Source: Octopus bimaculoides
Taxonomy: Eukaryota
Direction: 5' to 3'
DNA: 64,000 bases
Assembly: GCF_001194135.2 (NCBI RefSeq)
Contig: NC_068981.1
Location: forward strand, 53,015,901 to 53,079,900
In this document: piece after piece, positions 1-13,633 of the stretch
Layout of the letters: each line of letters opens with the position of its first letter
How positions within the stretch are numbered: the stretch's first letter is position 1
Made by a program: the position numbers and the translations under genes
The notes under the pieces: generated by a model
Seen by the model: only the letters and a program-made list of their open reading frames with translations
What the model was told of the DNA's origin: nothing
Databases searched by the model: none

Positions 1-202
1 ACACACATACACACTCACACCTCATAACACCACAGAAATTATGTTGATGATAATGATATATGTACACACACACATACACACTCACACACTCACACACACA
101 CACACAAACACACACACTCTCTCACACACTTATTCTTAATATATTCAAGGCACAAAATATATCATTAAGTCATATGCATATAAAAGTAATATTGATTTCA
201 AA

Positions 203-403
203 TTTTGGCACAAGGCCAGCAATTTTAGGGGAGGAGTATGACAATTACATCAACCCCAGTTTTCAACTGGTACCTATTTTGTTGACCCCAAGAGGATAAA
301 AGACAAAGACGACCTCAACAGAATTTGAACTCAAAATGTAAAGATGGCCAAATGCCACTAAGCATTTTGCCTAGCATGTTAACAGTCCTGCCAGTTCACC
401 ACC
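203..403 (-). mobile_element. tRNA-derived cephalopod-type SINE (family A), decayed
   Basis: Reverse complement contains a TGGCAG A-box-like head, a GAGTTCAAATTC B-box-like motif and an 'actggggttgatgtaattg' body. Homologous to the copy at 41837-42007. Confidence 0.75.
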
Positions 404-881
404 TTATAAGTAATAGTAATAGTAAACAGTAAATATTTTTACTTAAATCTAAATTTATTTTGAATTTTATTTGACACAATTAACTGTATGTAAGTTATTA
501 ATCCTTTAAGTTTGAATACTTATCACAACATTAGGAAAAATATTTTTAAATGTTTATAACTACATGTTAATTACTGATAAGAAAGAGCTGGAATCTGATT
601 TATAAGAAAAATCTGTTTTTAAAAAAGTGAATTAGTTTAGTACTTTTATATCAATATATATGTGGGGGGTATATTAGTGTATGTACAGGTGTGCATGTAT
701 AAGTGTGGACATGTATGAGAGATTTGTTATCTATTTATTAAATACATAACTCACAGAATTGTCAAAGATCCCTCATCTTTTCATTTTGATGACTTGTCAT
801 TGTCTTTACTGCACTCCTATTCAGAGTGAATCTGTTTTCTATTTACATATTTTTTTCTTTTATGCATTCTAATAGTTCATA

Positions 882-912
<31 letters not shown>

Positions 913-1197
913 TTCTGTTATACTTTCTACTCCATCTATTTTTGCTTCTTCAATATTCTCTTTTTGCATAACTTAAAACTTTCTTCGCTGATTATATAGC
1001 CTTGATATTTATATTTAAAAGGATATCCAAAAGATATGAATAATCTGAATATGTTTAATCATCAAAATTTATTGAAATATTATTACTATATCCCTTTTGT
1101 TAATTATATTTTCTTAAATATTTTTGAATGCACCGTATTGACCATACTTTTTTGTTACTTATTTACAGTATATAAGTAAAATTAGATTGTGTTTATT

Positions 1198-1422
1198 NNN
1201 NNNNNNNNNNNNNNNNNNNNNNNNNNNNNNNNNNNNNNNNNNNNNNNNNNNNNNNNNNNNNNNNNNNNNNNNNNNNNNNNNNNNNNNNNNNNNNNNNNNN
1301 NNNNNNNNNNNNNNNNNNNNNNNNNNNNNNNNNNNNNNNNNNNNNNNNNNNNNNNNNNNNNNNNNNNNNNNNNNNNNNNNNNNNNNNNNNNNNNNNNNNN
1401 NNNNNNNNNNNNNNNNNNNNNN
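1198..1422. other. Assembly gap (225 N)
   Basis: Run of N. Confidence 1.
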
Positions 1423-2962
1423 AATCCAATAACATATTTTTTCCTTCATTTTAAAATTACAAAACAATTTCTTTCACCTTTCATTGCTTAACTGTTACAA
1501 AAACATAAAAAATAAATAAATAAAAGTTGGATTGCTTTCAGCCTCTTTTGTTTTGAAAAATAGAATGGTGAATGCTTTTGAATAACAGATTCTGGTAAAC
1601 CAAATCTGTGACTAAGTTATGATTTCCATTTGAAAACTTTTTGTTTCATGTATACTTAGTAATAATCCTCAGGAGATAAATCAGAAAATTAAGATGTCTT
1701 TTTTCTCTCCTCAAAAGTTTGATGTCATGTAAGAAATCATTATTTTATAAAATGGAAATAAAGAACTCTAAAAGTCCCTGTTTTATATGTAGAATTTTGC
1801 TAATGTATATATTATGTAAGAGTGAGTAATCATAATTAACATTAACTAACTGGAATTTTTAGTGTGGATGTGTACAAATTTTAGATATTATTATGTACAA
1901 AATCATATTTTTAATATATTGTATTCATGAATCTTTGCTTTTGGAAGAAGTCTGAAAATGGAAAATAGGACACTGCATTTGATGCCTAAAATAATGATGC
2001 TAATTACTTTTTTCTTGAAACTATTATTGTCATTATTATAAGAAATAAGTTGTTCTTATTTGTGGATTGTAGTATAATTATTTTTGAAGATATTAATGGA
2101 AAATATATATTTTAGATACTAACATATTAATATCAAATTAGCTACTATAAACTCCTGCTTCTTTGTTGGTATCCACGTTTGTAAAATACAAAAAGCTTAG
2201 GAATTTATATGGCCTTAGTTATGCAACTTGTCATAATTAATGATGACCAAAGGTTATCTAAGATAAATTGAGGTAAAACTATCATGGAGTTTAGTAGGCA
2301 AGTAAGTCTCTAAACCACGACTGACATTGTAATACATTTAGTTAAATCTGTCTAAAAAAGAAGAAAATTTTGTAAAAACATTGCATAAACTCATAGTCCA
2401 TCTTCCATCTACTTAAGTGGCATGCCCCAAGAGGTAATCAGTGGGTTATAGTGTTGAGCAGACTAGATTATATTTACTATTGTAAAAGAACCTGTGAGAT
2501 AAACTATCTAAAATCAACAAATAAAGATTATAGTCCTTTAGTTTAGAGGGAAGAAGCTTTATCCTTAACCTTTTCATCATCTCTCCTTGACTGATAAATA
2601 AAGATAACTAGACAAGGTTAATATTGTTACAACATAGTTTAAACTTTTGCAGTTCAATAATCATATTTTGATTTTTTTTTCCAACAGTTCAGATTGTAGG
2701 AATATAGTTTGTAATTTTTCAAAGTGTTTGAAGAAAGACACCAACAAGGCCTGATTGTTTATATGAATTATATATTTATATTCGTCCTTGGTTATATTTT
2801 CTATAGTCTATTTTTGTTTACTATCTTTTGTTACTATTGCTATCACTTTGAAAGTTTCAGTTGTTATGCATATTTCATGATCACTATACAAGTGGATAAC
2901 AATCCATATTCTTTTCACACTAATATTGTGTAAAAGTTCCTATATGTGAGCTAAAATATATA

Positions 2963-4491
2963 CCGTAAAAACCCATGTAAATTGCACACCTGTGTAATTA
3001 ACGCAGGTGATTTTCAGGATAAAAATTGTTAAAAAAAGCTTCTACTCATGTAAAATTTGCACCCAAAATTTCAGAAGTGCCAGGGGGAAAATGTTTTCAA
3101 TTTAGTTGTATTTAGCATAATTTCACTTACTTATGATTAAATTTTATTAAATTTTCACTAAATAAAAATAACTTCTGTTTAACAAGTATCCCATTGAAAG
3201 CTATTAAATTATGAAGTGTTTGTGTTGTTTATAATAAACTTTATTTTGCATTTCTTGCCTACAAGAGATTATGTCCGATCTGTATGTCTTCTCAAATTAC
3301 AATCACAAGAAAAGTTGTTGATAATTCTTATCAGCAAAAACAAAGCTGATAAATACACACAAGTGTTGCAACATAAGTTTAATTACCAATAAACACCAGC
3401 TTCAATGATACTTTACTCAATCAACAGAGGAAGATGACTGATCAAACTGATTATGTTTAGTAGTAAGTTTCTTCTTGTCTCAAGCTCTGATTTTCTGCCT
3501 ATTCTTGTCAGAACCCTTGATATGGAGTATTGTAATTTTAATCCCTTTCACACTTACAAAATGTCAAGCAAACTCAAAAATTTGTCATTACCATTTTAGC
3601 TGGGAGACCAAACTGATAGTTTGGTAACCTGCTAAAATAAACATTAAAAATTGAAAAGAGAAAATAAACAGCTTTGCAAGTTTAACTCTGTGCTTATTGA
3701 ACAAGAGAGGTGTGAAATTTAAGAAGTGACTTGTTAGAATATACACATCTGTGAGGATACATAAACAAGAATAGCAAAAATCTACTATGCCGACAGAACT
3801 GGTAATACATACATTACAAGTGTTCTATGAAGAGAACATAAGATTGCTGCATAATTTAACATGAATGTGAAACAACATTAAACATCATATAAGGTAAATG
3901 AAGGTTTCTGTAGGAACGCTAAGTCATATTCACTTAGTGAGTTTACATGCGCAAGGAAGAATTATAGTGTTGTCATCAGCGTTAGATGCAGTAAGAGCTG
4001 GTAGTGGTGATGCTGGCAGTGATGAATTTCGTCTCAACATGGAGAAAGCAATAGCTTCCTGGAGGCAAACACAAGCTAGGCTTGTTAAGCAGAGAAAAAC
4101 TGATCTATTTAAGGAAATTGCTGGGCTCTATTGCGATAGGTAGAAACTCCAAGCAATATAAAATATGGCCCAGACCATGATTATCAGCATGAATGTCAAA
4201 CTTCAAAAAGTATTTGACCATTTAATGGTTTTGGTAAATTTATACAGAAAAAGTAAGCATTATACTGTCCAGCATAAATGAAAGTCAACTTCATTATATT
4301 TTTTCTGTAAAAACCTATTCTGACATTAAATGAGTCAACTTCCAGTACAAATGTTGTATGCCATTTTTCAACAACAAAAAAAAAATTCTAAAAGAATTCT
4401 GGAAACGATCTACTCATGTAATTTACGCACCCACTAAAGTTTATTTTTGTTTATGCGGCAAAAAGTGCATAAATTATATAGGTTTTTATAG
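2963..4491. mobile_element. TA-flanked TIR element (pogo/Tc-mariner-like), non-autonomous
   Basis: Left end TA-ccgtaaaaacccatgtaaattgcac; reverse complement of right end TA-ctataaaaacctatataatttatgcac. Subterminal direct repeat ctactcatgtaa(a/t)tt..gcaccc at 3042-3064 and 4410-4432. No intact transposase. Confidence 0.7.
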
Positions 4492-5647
4492 TAGATTTTT
4501 TTAAAATTAGAATTATCATCTTTATTATTTTTGAAATTGCCTAATATTCTTTAAATGGCAGTTTAAACTACCATCACTTGTCATTGATCTATTTAAGAAA
4601 TAAAACCACATTGCACTAAGTATGTGTTTAAGTGTTTGGATAGTTACTTTTTTAGACATTTAAAAAAAAAATTTTTTTTCAAATTATGTATTTTTATATA
4701 GTTGCTTTTGTATAGAATTAGTGTAAATAGCATATCAAATGTTACCATATACATAAAATTATCATTACTTGGTCTTTTAATAAATCTTAAAATATTAATT
4801 TTCATAATTTAAATTAGCTCTGTTGAGATTTTACTTTTTAATATTATTTGTTCTGTAAGTATTTAAAATAAACTATTTTAGCTTTAGATTTTAAGTTTGA
4901 GTACAGTATATAATTATTTTTTATCAATTAGTTTGTATTTATATTTTTATTTTTATTGACTATTTGAAGCAAAAGTTGAATGTTTAATATCTTTTTATTC
5001 ATGCTAAATTCATTTTAAAAAATGGGGTGAACAACTTTCTGTTTTGAATTTCAATTTTAATTATGGCTTTAACAAATGATCTATTATTGGTCAAATTTTG
5101 TATCGTCTGTGAACTTTTTAGAAATTCACAAATCCAGTGTTTACAAACATCTAATTTTAACATAATTTTCTAAGTTTAGTTTTACTAGTTGTTGAAGTGA
5201 GCAGAGGTTATAACACACCTCTTCCTCAATTAATGCTGTAAACTAGTTAAGTGTGCTTTCAAATGAACTAAATTAAAAGAATTTCTCAACTTGTTTACCA
5301 TTCAAGGAATCTACTATTACTAATATATAAGAAAATTTATTTCAAGACTGTCCCAACAGAAGGAAACTTGATTATAAAATAATGCTTAGATTCAGTTTAC
5401 AATACAATTCATTTCAGAACAACATTCCCATTTATAAAGTGGAGAATAAAGGTTGGAGCTTATTTACAGATAAGATTTTTATATCATGGAAAACTACAAT
5501 AAACAGAATTGTAATTTTTTTTTTATGATAAGTCTAGTCAAACTTGTCATAACTTTTACCAAAAAAGCATCTATTAACAAAAGTAAATCTAATGGAATGT
5601 AAATAAAATATTCACCACATTCAAAACTCTAAACATTTTCCTGCAAA

Positions 5648-5800
5648 GGCTCAGATGTGGCTGTATGGTTAAGAAATTCATTTTGCCACCACATAGTTTC
5701 AGATTCAATTCTACTTCACTACGCCTTGAGCAAGTGTCTTCTATTATCGCCTCAAGTTGACCAATATCTTGTGGGTAGAATATTATAGAAGGAAACTGTG
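5648..5800 (+). mobile_element. tRNA-derived SINE (family B) head; tail resumes at about 6165-6230
   Basis: gtggctgtatggttaag...ttgagcaagtgtcttctattatcgcctc...ggaaactg. Homologous to 56394-56530. The tail-type sequence ggtggtgctccaccatagccac also occurs at 60849-60870. Confidence 0.7.
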
Positions 5801-5815
5801 AACTGTTTATATTGA

Positions 5816-6164
5816 ATGGCGCACATAGCAGAGATGTAAATGGACCCCTCCCCACCTTTAGAAAATGTTTTTCTACAGAATCCCTATGGAGATTCTGATT
5901 CTGAAAAAAAATTTTCAAAAATCGCAACTTCAAAAATTTTTTTCAGAATCATAATCTCCATATTTTTCTACGTATTTTGAAAAAAAAAATTCTGTAAAAA
6001 GTAAAAAATGAAGAAAGTTGGTGGGGATTGAAATTTTGAAGTTGCGATTTTTGGAAATTTTTTTTTCAGAATCAGAAATCTCCATAGCTGAAAACACGGG
6101 ATTCCATAAAAGAAATTTTTTTTAAGCGGGAGGGGTCCGTTTACGTCTCTACCATGTGCACCAT
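5816..6164. mobile_element. Foldback/MITE-like element with ~120-130 bp imperfect terminal inverted arms
   Basis: Left arm atggcgcacatagcagagatgtaaatggacccctcc...aatcgcaacttcaaaa pairs with right arm ttttgaagttgcgatt...ggaggggtccgtttacgtctctaccatgtgcaccat. Confidence 0.8.
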
Positions 6165-6706
6165 CAGCTTAATCCCTTAAATGTGGTGCTCCACCATAGC
6201 CACACTCCAACAAGTGAAACCAGTAAAATAGCAATAATCATTATAATATGCTATTCTGAAAATTATAACTATTTATGAATATACTTTATATATATATTGT
6301 TTCTTAGAATATGATAAAAGATCTGAGTTTGGAGATTTTAAAAATTGTTATAAATTAATTCATTCATTTATGTAAATATCAGTTTCTGTCTTTCTCTTAC
6401 TTCATTTCTTTATCCCTCTCTCTCAAACACAGATACAAACACACACATATAGGCCCACTTTCTTATACATAAACTTAAGATATGTTTGTATCATTTTAGC
6501 TCTGATCTGTTTTATGTGCCAATATGTAAAATTTTATTAAAGTTTAGATCCCTTTTACTATCTAATAGAATTAACACTCAAGTGCATAGGTAGTAGTAAC
6601 AATAATATCTTTTTTAATCACCTACCAGTCTGTAGTATAGAAGTCTAAGAAAACTAAATGTGGTACTTTTAATTTTACTAAAAATACAAAATAATTATTA
6701 TTCATA

Positions 6707-7054
6707 AAGAATAAAATGTTTCGAATGGTACAGCAATGCACTATAATACAAACAATGGGCTATATACCTGTTGTAATTTAACCATCCATAGTCTGATAAT
6801 ATTTCAGATTAAAATTCCTTCCTCAGATATCCCTAGGAATTGATGGAGTCGTTACTATAATCAGTTTTGACTCCATCATTTCCGAGGAATATCTGAGGAA
6901 GGAATTTTATTCTGAAATATTATCAGACTATGGATGATTAAATTGCAACAGGTATATAGCCCATTGTTTGTATTTTAGTGCATTGTTGTACCATTTGAAA
7001 CATTCTATTCTTTACAAACAAAGCACAATGCTTCAAGCGAACTACAATACTCTC
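6707..7054. mobile_element. Penelope-like inverted-repeat (pseudo-LTR) insertion with 12-bp TSD
   Basis: Arms 6705-6850 and 6869-7014 (146 bp, 10 mismatches by my count, no indels) with an 18-nt loop. Direct repeat TTATTATTCATA at 6695-6706 and 7055-7066. Hammerhead-like core CTGAGGA...GAAA in each arm. The Penelope assignment is inference. Confidence 0.7.
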
Positions 7055-7680
7055 TTATTATTCATATTTTTATAGTAGTTATAAAAATACAAATGATGAA
7101 AAAAGAAAATATTTTTGTTAATTCAGTTCCTCTTTGCATACTATAAATGTCTAGATTATAAAACATACTGTCAATATCTAGATTGGCTTGAAGCTTTACT
7201 GGCTCCCCCTTAAAGTTAGAGTTTTAAAATGTTTCTCTTAAGTGCTGGTACTTGGTCTTTAGCATTAAAAAAGGCAAATCTACTCTTGGATAGGACACCA
7301 ATTTACCTTTACTAACATTTCCAATTGATATGGTACTATTTACTGATAGTTATGTGAACTGAGGTATATATTGTGTTCAAGTACACAATGAAATACAATG
7401 GATTTCTGTTGAAGTACATACTGACTATTTTTATTCTAAAGGAATGGGGAAGTTGTTATCCTTCAGACAATTTCTACTGAGTTTAAGAGTGTATGTGTTT
7501 TATATTTTTTATACATAATAGTGGAACTGTGAATGCAACCGACATCTGCAAATGTTTTTGTCTTTTGAATAAGATCCCTATAGTGTACCATTAAATTTGC
7601 TCTAGGCCGGTTTGGTGTATTCATTACTAAAAGGTAAATATTTGTAAATCTATAGAATAAACATATAACCCTAAAACCCG

Positions 7681-7813
<133 letters not shown>

Positions 7814-9419
7814 AGATATTAATAAATACTAGTAGAATTGAAGCAGCAGCCTAATCATGAAAAATATAAAAGATCACTGACGCTAGCTAAATAAGATTAT
7901 AAATATAAATTGCATGTAAAATAAAGCTGCCAAACTTTTGTTTATAAAACTAAATTTTTAATAAAGTTTTTCACATATAAATATCATTGCATTCAAAAGT
8001 TGAGTACACATGCACCACTACATTATGTTGTCTATTGAATAATATATATCATGTGCAACATTTGGATAACACTCTAAAAACAATATGTTTTCCTCCTCTC
8101 CATTTAAATTTACCGATGAAATCTTAGTTTTATTCATTAAGTTTTTTAAGAAAAAGAAGGAGAAATGTTTCTCACAATTTTATAATGTCTCCTTCCTGAA
8201 AGTTTAAAATTTAAGCTAAATGTAAATTGAATTAATTCTTAATGCACTTCATTTGTTATTCAGTTTATCGTAAGCAAAAGTATATGATTTGTTAATACGG
8301 TGTAAATACAAAACAAATCTCAGTCTAATTTAAACAATATGACACCTCTATAGGTATCAGAAGGGCTTACTACTTTGCTCATTTTGCTTATATCTATTTT
8401 TAAATGTAGTTAGCTCCAGTTCACTGCTTTTTGTCATCTTTTTATGATGAAATTTATGCATGTTAGATATATATATTTAGCTTGCTAATTATGCATGACT
8501 AAGTGCATGTGATGTATATATTCATACATTTTAAAATTTAACACTATATTTTCTAATTTCATTTTTTTTAAATTTTGTTCTTTATATCAAATGCTTCAGA
8601 ATATAAAGGTATTAGGAATAAATTTTCTCTCAAGTTGTAATTTTTTCATAAATATCGCTTGAAGTAAAATTTAGAGACAAAGAGGGAAAGAAGGAGTTTA
8701 TAAAATGGTTTATATATTATATTTCATTAGTTATTTGATTTTCTAAAACAGTGCCAGCATCATTGTCTTAACATTAAAGATTGAGCACAAAGACAATATG
8801 TTGTACTTCTCATTTAATTCAACATTTTTCTGAATGCTCTTTACATATTCTTTTTAATCAACTTACAAGCCAATAAAGACTTCAAAGCCTTTTCTTTACA
8901 TAATTTTTCTTACACACAAAACATTAGTCTTCTACTTCATATACTAGGTGACTGTTGTATTATTTTAGTCCAATAGCTCAATCAAATAGTGTCAAAAGAT
9001 TGTGGAAATTATTCCCTTGTATTTGATTTTTAATTTTTTTAATATATTAATTTTTTTAGGGAACTTCTAACATCTTATTTCACATAAAGAGAAATTAATT
9101 TTGGATTTCAGTATTTTTAAATGTTGCAGAAGTCACTTATCCCCATGCCATAGGTAATATTCAATCATTCTTTGATAATTTATATGCAGTAACAATTCAA
9201 ACATGGGTATGCATGGATTCTAAATTATAGCTCTTTAACATCATTATATCATTCAACACTGAAAAAGGTATTATCTTCAATAAATTTTTTTGTTATGTTA
9301 TATTTTAAGAAAGTATTTTTGGTGAAATTATTTGTACCATTTTATAAAATTATAGGAAATTCAGTAAAGTAAGTAAATTAAGAAATATACTGGACCACAT
9401 AGCAACTACTATGACATAA

Positions 9420-11430
9420 AGTGCATTTATCCATGATGCTAATTTCTGTCCAGATTACAATCTATTCAACTTTGATACAAAAGTGGATGCCACTGCATAG
9501 GTAGAATTCATTCTCTCTACCCTCACTCCTCTTGTTGAATCTCAGCAACAGTGATTTCCAGTCTTTTTTCCCTTCTTTCCTTAATTCATTGCTATCTTTT
9601 CCCAAACATTTTCAATCACTATCAACTACTTGACCATTTCACATCTTGTACTGAAGACAACTATCTCACTTCATCACTAACTAAAGTCATCATTTCAGGG
9701 ACTTCAGTGGCATACATAACTTCAGTTTCTTGCACTCCTTTACACTACCTAATCATCTGTTCTTTCAACTGCCTGCCTCTATTAGTATCTTAACTATTTA
9801 TTCACGTCCCTTTGATTTGTTTCTCACCTTTAAACATAATCTTCACCAAAACATCACTGTCTCTGAACTCATTGGATCATCCTATCACTGCCTAATCAAG
9901 GTAACCTCCTTCATAACCTCTTACAGCACACCACTCATGCTTCTGATACTTCAAGTCAGCTATCTGGTTAGAATCCAACCTGTTCTATATCAAGTGCCCA
10001 TGGCAGCATGTATGTTTTATTTCCACTCTCTCTCTCTCTGAGAAAAGTGATTGACAGAAACCCTCCTCCTAAGCATGTTCCTTCCATCTTTCACAAAACC
10101 AAATAAGACACTATACCATGCCAAAGCCTCCAAATGAGTACTACTGTATCCTGCTGTTAGCAACTAATTGCTCTTAAATCCAATGTCTCAAAAGTGATAG
10201 AAGCTGTTGCTAGCACACTCCTTCATCAGCTCTTTCCTTCTCTTCTCAGTGACTATAGTTTCTTTAGAGCTAGATTTACTAAGAACTTCCTCTTGCATAT
10301 AACTTAACAATTTTGTTGCACTTGTCACCTGCAAAATATTTGACTGTGTCTGACATGAGAAACTCCTAGCTAAGTACCCTATCCCTAAGTTGCTGTCTAT
10401 ATCTATTGCATTTCTTGGATTAAAAGTTTCTTGTCAGACTTAACCATTATAACTTGTGCTACTGACCCCCTATTTCATCCTCTCTGTTGTACCCAAAAAT
10501 TTGGTTGTCTTCCTTCTGTCATTCAGGACTTGTTGTCACTCCTATACATTTCTATACGAATGATACCATCTTCCACTCTTTCTTAACCTTCTGCATGTTG
10601 GCATCACACTTGAAATCACCTTTTAATCAAGCCATCATAACCTAGTCTGTTTCAACAGCTTAAAATAACAATCACTGTACAATGAAGAAAATATTTGGCA
10701 TTAACTTCATTGTCTCTATTTGTGAATGACATATAACTAAAACTTCCAAAGACAATATAAATGTTATATGCCTCACAATCTCTGATTATGTTACATAGCA
10801 GTTACACATACATAATTCTGCCAAAACTGCATCATAAAGACTTCAATTCCTGTTTAAAGTTCTGAAAATACTTAAATCCTGATCAGTTGCTAATACTCCA
10901 GAAAGTTCAAGTGAAATGACAGTTGAGTTATCAACATCTTCAACAGCATTTTACTTGCATCTTTTTCATGCTGACATAGATTGGGCAGCTTATGTGAGGC
11001 AGTGTTTTTTGGCTAGATGCCCTTCTACTTGCTAGTCCTTTTAGTTATCTCTTATGATGTGAGGTTTTGGTGCGTATCTTTTAAAATTATGATATACACG
11101 TATTACTCATATATATGGAATGGTGCTGCTGCCCCCCCCCTCACACACACACACATACACAAGAAGGCTGTTTGACTGATTGTCAAAGATTCACTTGCTA
11201 AAATGTTTCATCTCTGGATCTCTTCCATCACTACTATAATAATTTTTACCCTATTCTGAACTAGCTAGCTGCACACTTTTCAGCACCCACGTCCACCACT
11301 GTCTCTCCTCCCATCCTTGCTCGTTTTTACTTACCAAAAATTATACCACTCTGGAATTCTCTCACCACCCCACTTTTCCTTCAATCATTAGCCTACAGAT
11401 TCTCAAGCAGAATATTAACAACTTTAGTCA
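9420..11430 (+). mobile_element. Highly decayed CR1/Jockey-group LINE (RT and 3' part), interrupted
   Basis: Degenerate RT traces (aaaatatttgactgtgtctgacatgagaaactcctagctaag resembles KAFDRVWHE.LL.KL). The 3' segment 11220-11430 is similar to the minus-strand LINE at about 16950-17200. Confidence 0.55.
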
Positions 11431-13589
11431 CACCAGTTTTGGAGACCCGAAAAAGGTTAAGGATACAAACTCTCCTCTTCATACTAACTCATAAATAAAA
11501 GCAACTTGTGTCCCTAACATGTTTTAAGTAGTGATTTGAGGGCATTCAAGTATTTTTCAAACAATAATATACTCTTCTATTTCAGTAAGGGCATGTTAAT
11601 GGTATGAGATTTAAGGCTTGCTTTGTTGTTTTCAGTATATCACACCAAAATTTACAGTATTCATAATAGTTCCTTAAAGTTCTACATTTTCTGGGTTAAC
11701 ATATTTATGGACATACATTAATTCATAAGCCTAGCTTCATATTTTTCTCATAGCTAGATATTGCATTTGATATTTTAAATACTATTTTTAGTGTCTTAGT
11801 AGAATATTCAGAACTTTAAATGACTATAAAGTTTTTAAAAAATAATCTGTGTGACTTCGATTTTTTGATTTAAAATTATATTAGAAATCTTGATATAAAA
11901 TTCAATCATTAAAAATAACTGCTGTAAAATTAAATTGCTTTTTATTTTCCTCATAATTTTACAATAGCAATGTAAAAAAATTATGAAAAGTTTAAATTGA
12001 TCTAGCCATAGATTTACTGAAACACTTTAATGTTTAAATTTAAACATATTTGTCTTGTACAAATTCATCGTCTGGAAATCATAATCTTTTCATTAATGAT
12101 TAATGAAAAATGGCTTTTCAGAATTAAATTGCTGCACTAACCAACAAAATCTTGTGTGAAGCAAAATGAAGTGCCATTACAACTAGCAACATAAAATAAC
12201 TATATTAAATATTAGACGATTTTTCTTAGTTTTTGTTATAGAAATTTTAACTGAAGGGATGCATTCGAATTTTTTTGTTTTCCTTCTTGATCAACTCAAA
12301 CTACATTTTTATTATATTCTCCTTTATTTTCTTGTTTCTGCTCTATCAGTTTTCAAGACATCACTTCATTACATTCTACTAACCATTTATATATTTTATA
12401 CAGATTGCTTTCAAGTTATATATACCTTTCATATGGAAATGCATATAAACAGTCACTAATCTTCCTTGTTCACCATTATCACCCAAACTCATGCATATCT
12501 ACATACAATACACACATAATGACAAATGTTTATCCAAAATAGTAATTTAAACATTTACAACATCTCTTTTGCCCTGGTTAATGTTTATCAATCATTTATC
12601 ATGCATGAAATATGCTTGATATTTATGTACAAAAGTAAACAATTAGTATTTTCCAATTCTCCTTTTTTCAAAGTTTAATACAATCAATGTTGTGCTTTAA
12701 ACAATTTGATTTCTAGATTTTCTACTTTTTCTCATTCTCATTATTTACTCTCATCTTTTTCCTGTTCAATTTTATTGAGATTTGTCTTATAAATACTACA
12801 ATTACATGTTTTTTTTTTTATAGGAATGTTATTTTCACAAGTATTCCATTATTTTTAAATCATAAATTACTGTATCTATAGTAGTTGGTATTTATTATTT
12901 GCTTTATAAAGGAGTCTTTTCAATTCTAGTAATTTATATTGCTTAAACATATTGAAGATTATTTTAGTTATCATGAGATTAATAGTTACATTCAAAGAGC
13001 TATCATATAATCATCACTAAATTCTTCATTTTCAACACTTGCTAGACCATTACCGCAGTGTCATACTAGCAGTGCACATATTTTAAGTTAACTTATAAAT
13101 TGATTGAAATTTATGTAATTTGCATCATAATTATTAAAATGTGTTACATTGTTTGTACAAAAAAATACTCATAAAACTTTGTTTCATTATATTCTCCAGA
13201 TACTCTTGACTTTTTCTCAAAACTCTATTCTATTTCATCAGTTGTTACTATAAGCTATTTTCATTCAGTTAAAAGTTTCATTTCAGAACATATATTCTCT
13301 AACCTATATGAATTGTTGTAAAACTTTGATTTCTCTTGTTTTCTATATTAACTGATAGTTCATCAAAAAATTAATCTCTTTACTTTATTTGATATATTGT
13401 ACCATAGTTTACTGTACAGAGCTGGTTATTTAGATATTGTTTCATGGTAAAAATTTATTTACTTCATTTTATCTTTAGCTTTATTTTAAAACATCTTAGA
13501 AATAAAATAGCTCAGTCTATAAAGGTACCAATTCATGAGTTTTGAGTCCAAATCCACTTGGGAAATTTTGTTGTATCTATGTTAACATC

Positions 13590-13633
13590 ATTGGAAAAGT
13601 ACCTATTGGAAAAGTACCTATTGGAAAAGTACT
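13590..13633. repeat. 15-bp tandem repeat (attggaaaagtacct) x ~2.9
   Basis: Seen directly. Confidence 0.9.

Noticed and set aside
2688-2723. Strong acceptor (ttttttttccaacag) suggesting an upstream CADPS exon
   Set aside because: Only a weak donor (AA|gtgttt) preserves phase, and the peptide has no CAPS similarity.
13479-13524. AG/GT-bounded 46-nt segment reading ...KHLRNKIAQSIK, superficially like the upstream CAPS motif SIAQSIH
   Set aside because: It exits in phase 0, incompatible with the phase-2 acceptor at 14614. It lacks the invariant VRYVDLMES motif and runs into repeat-like sequence.
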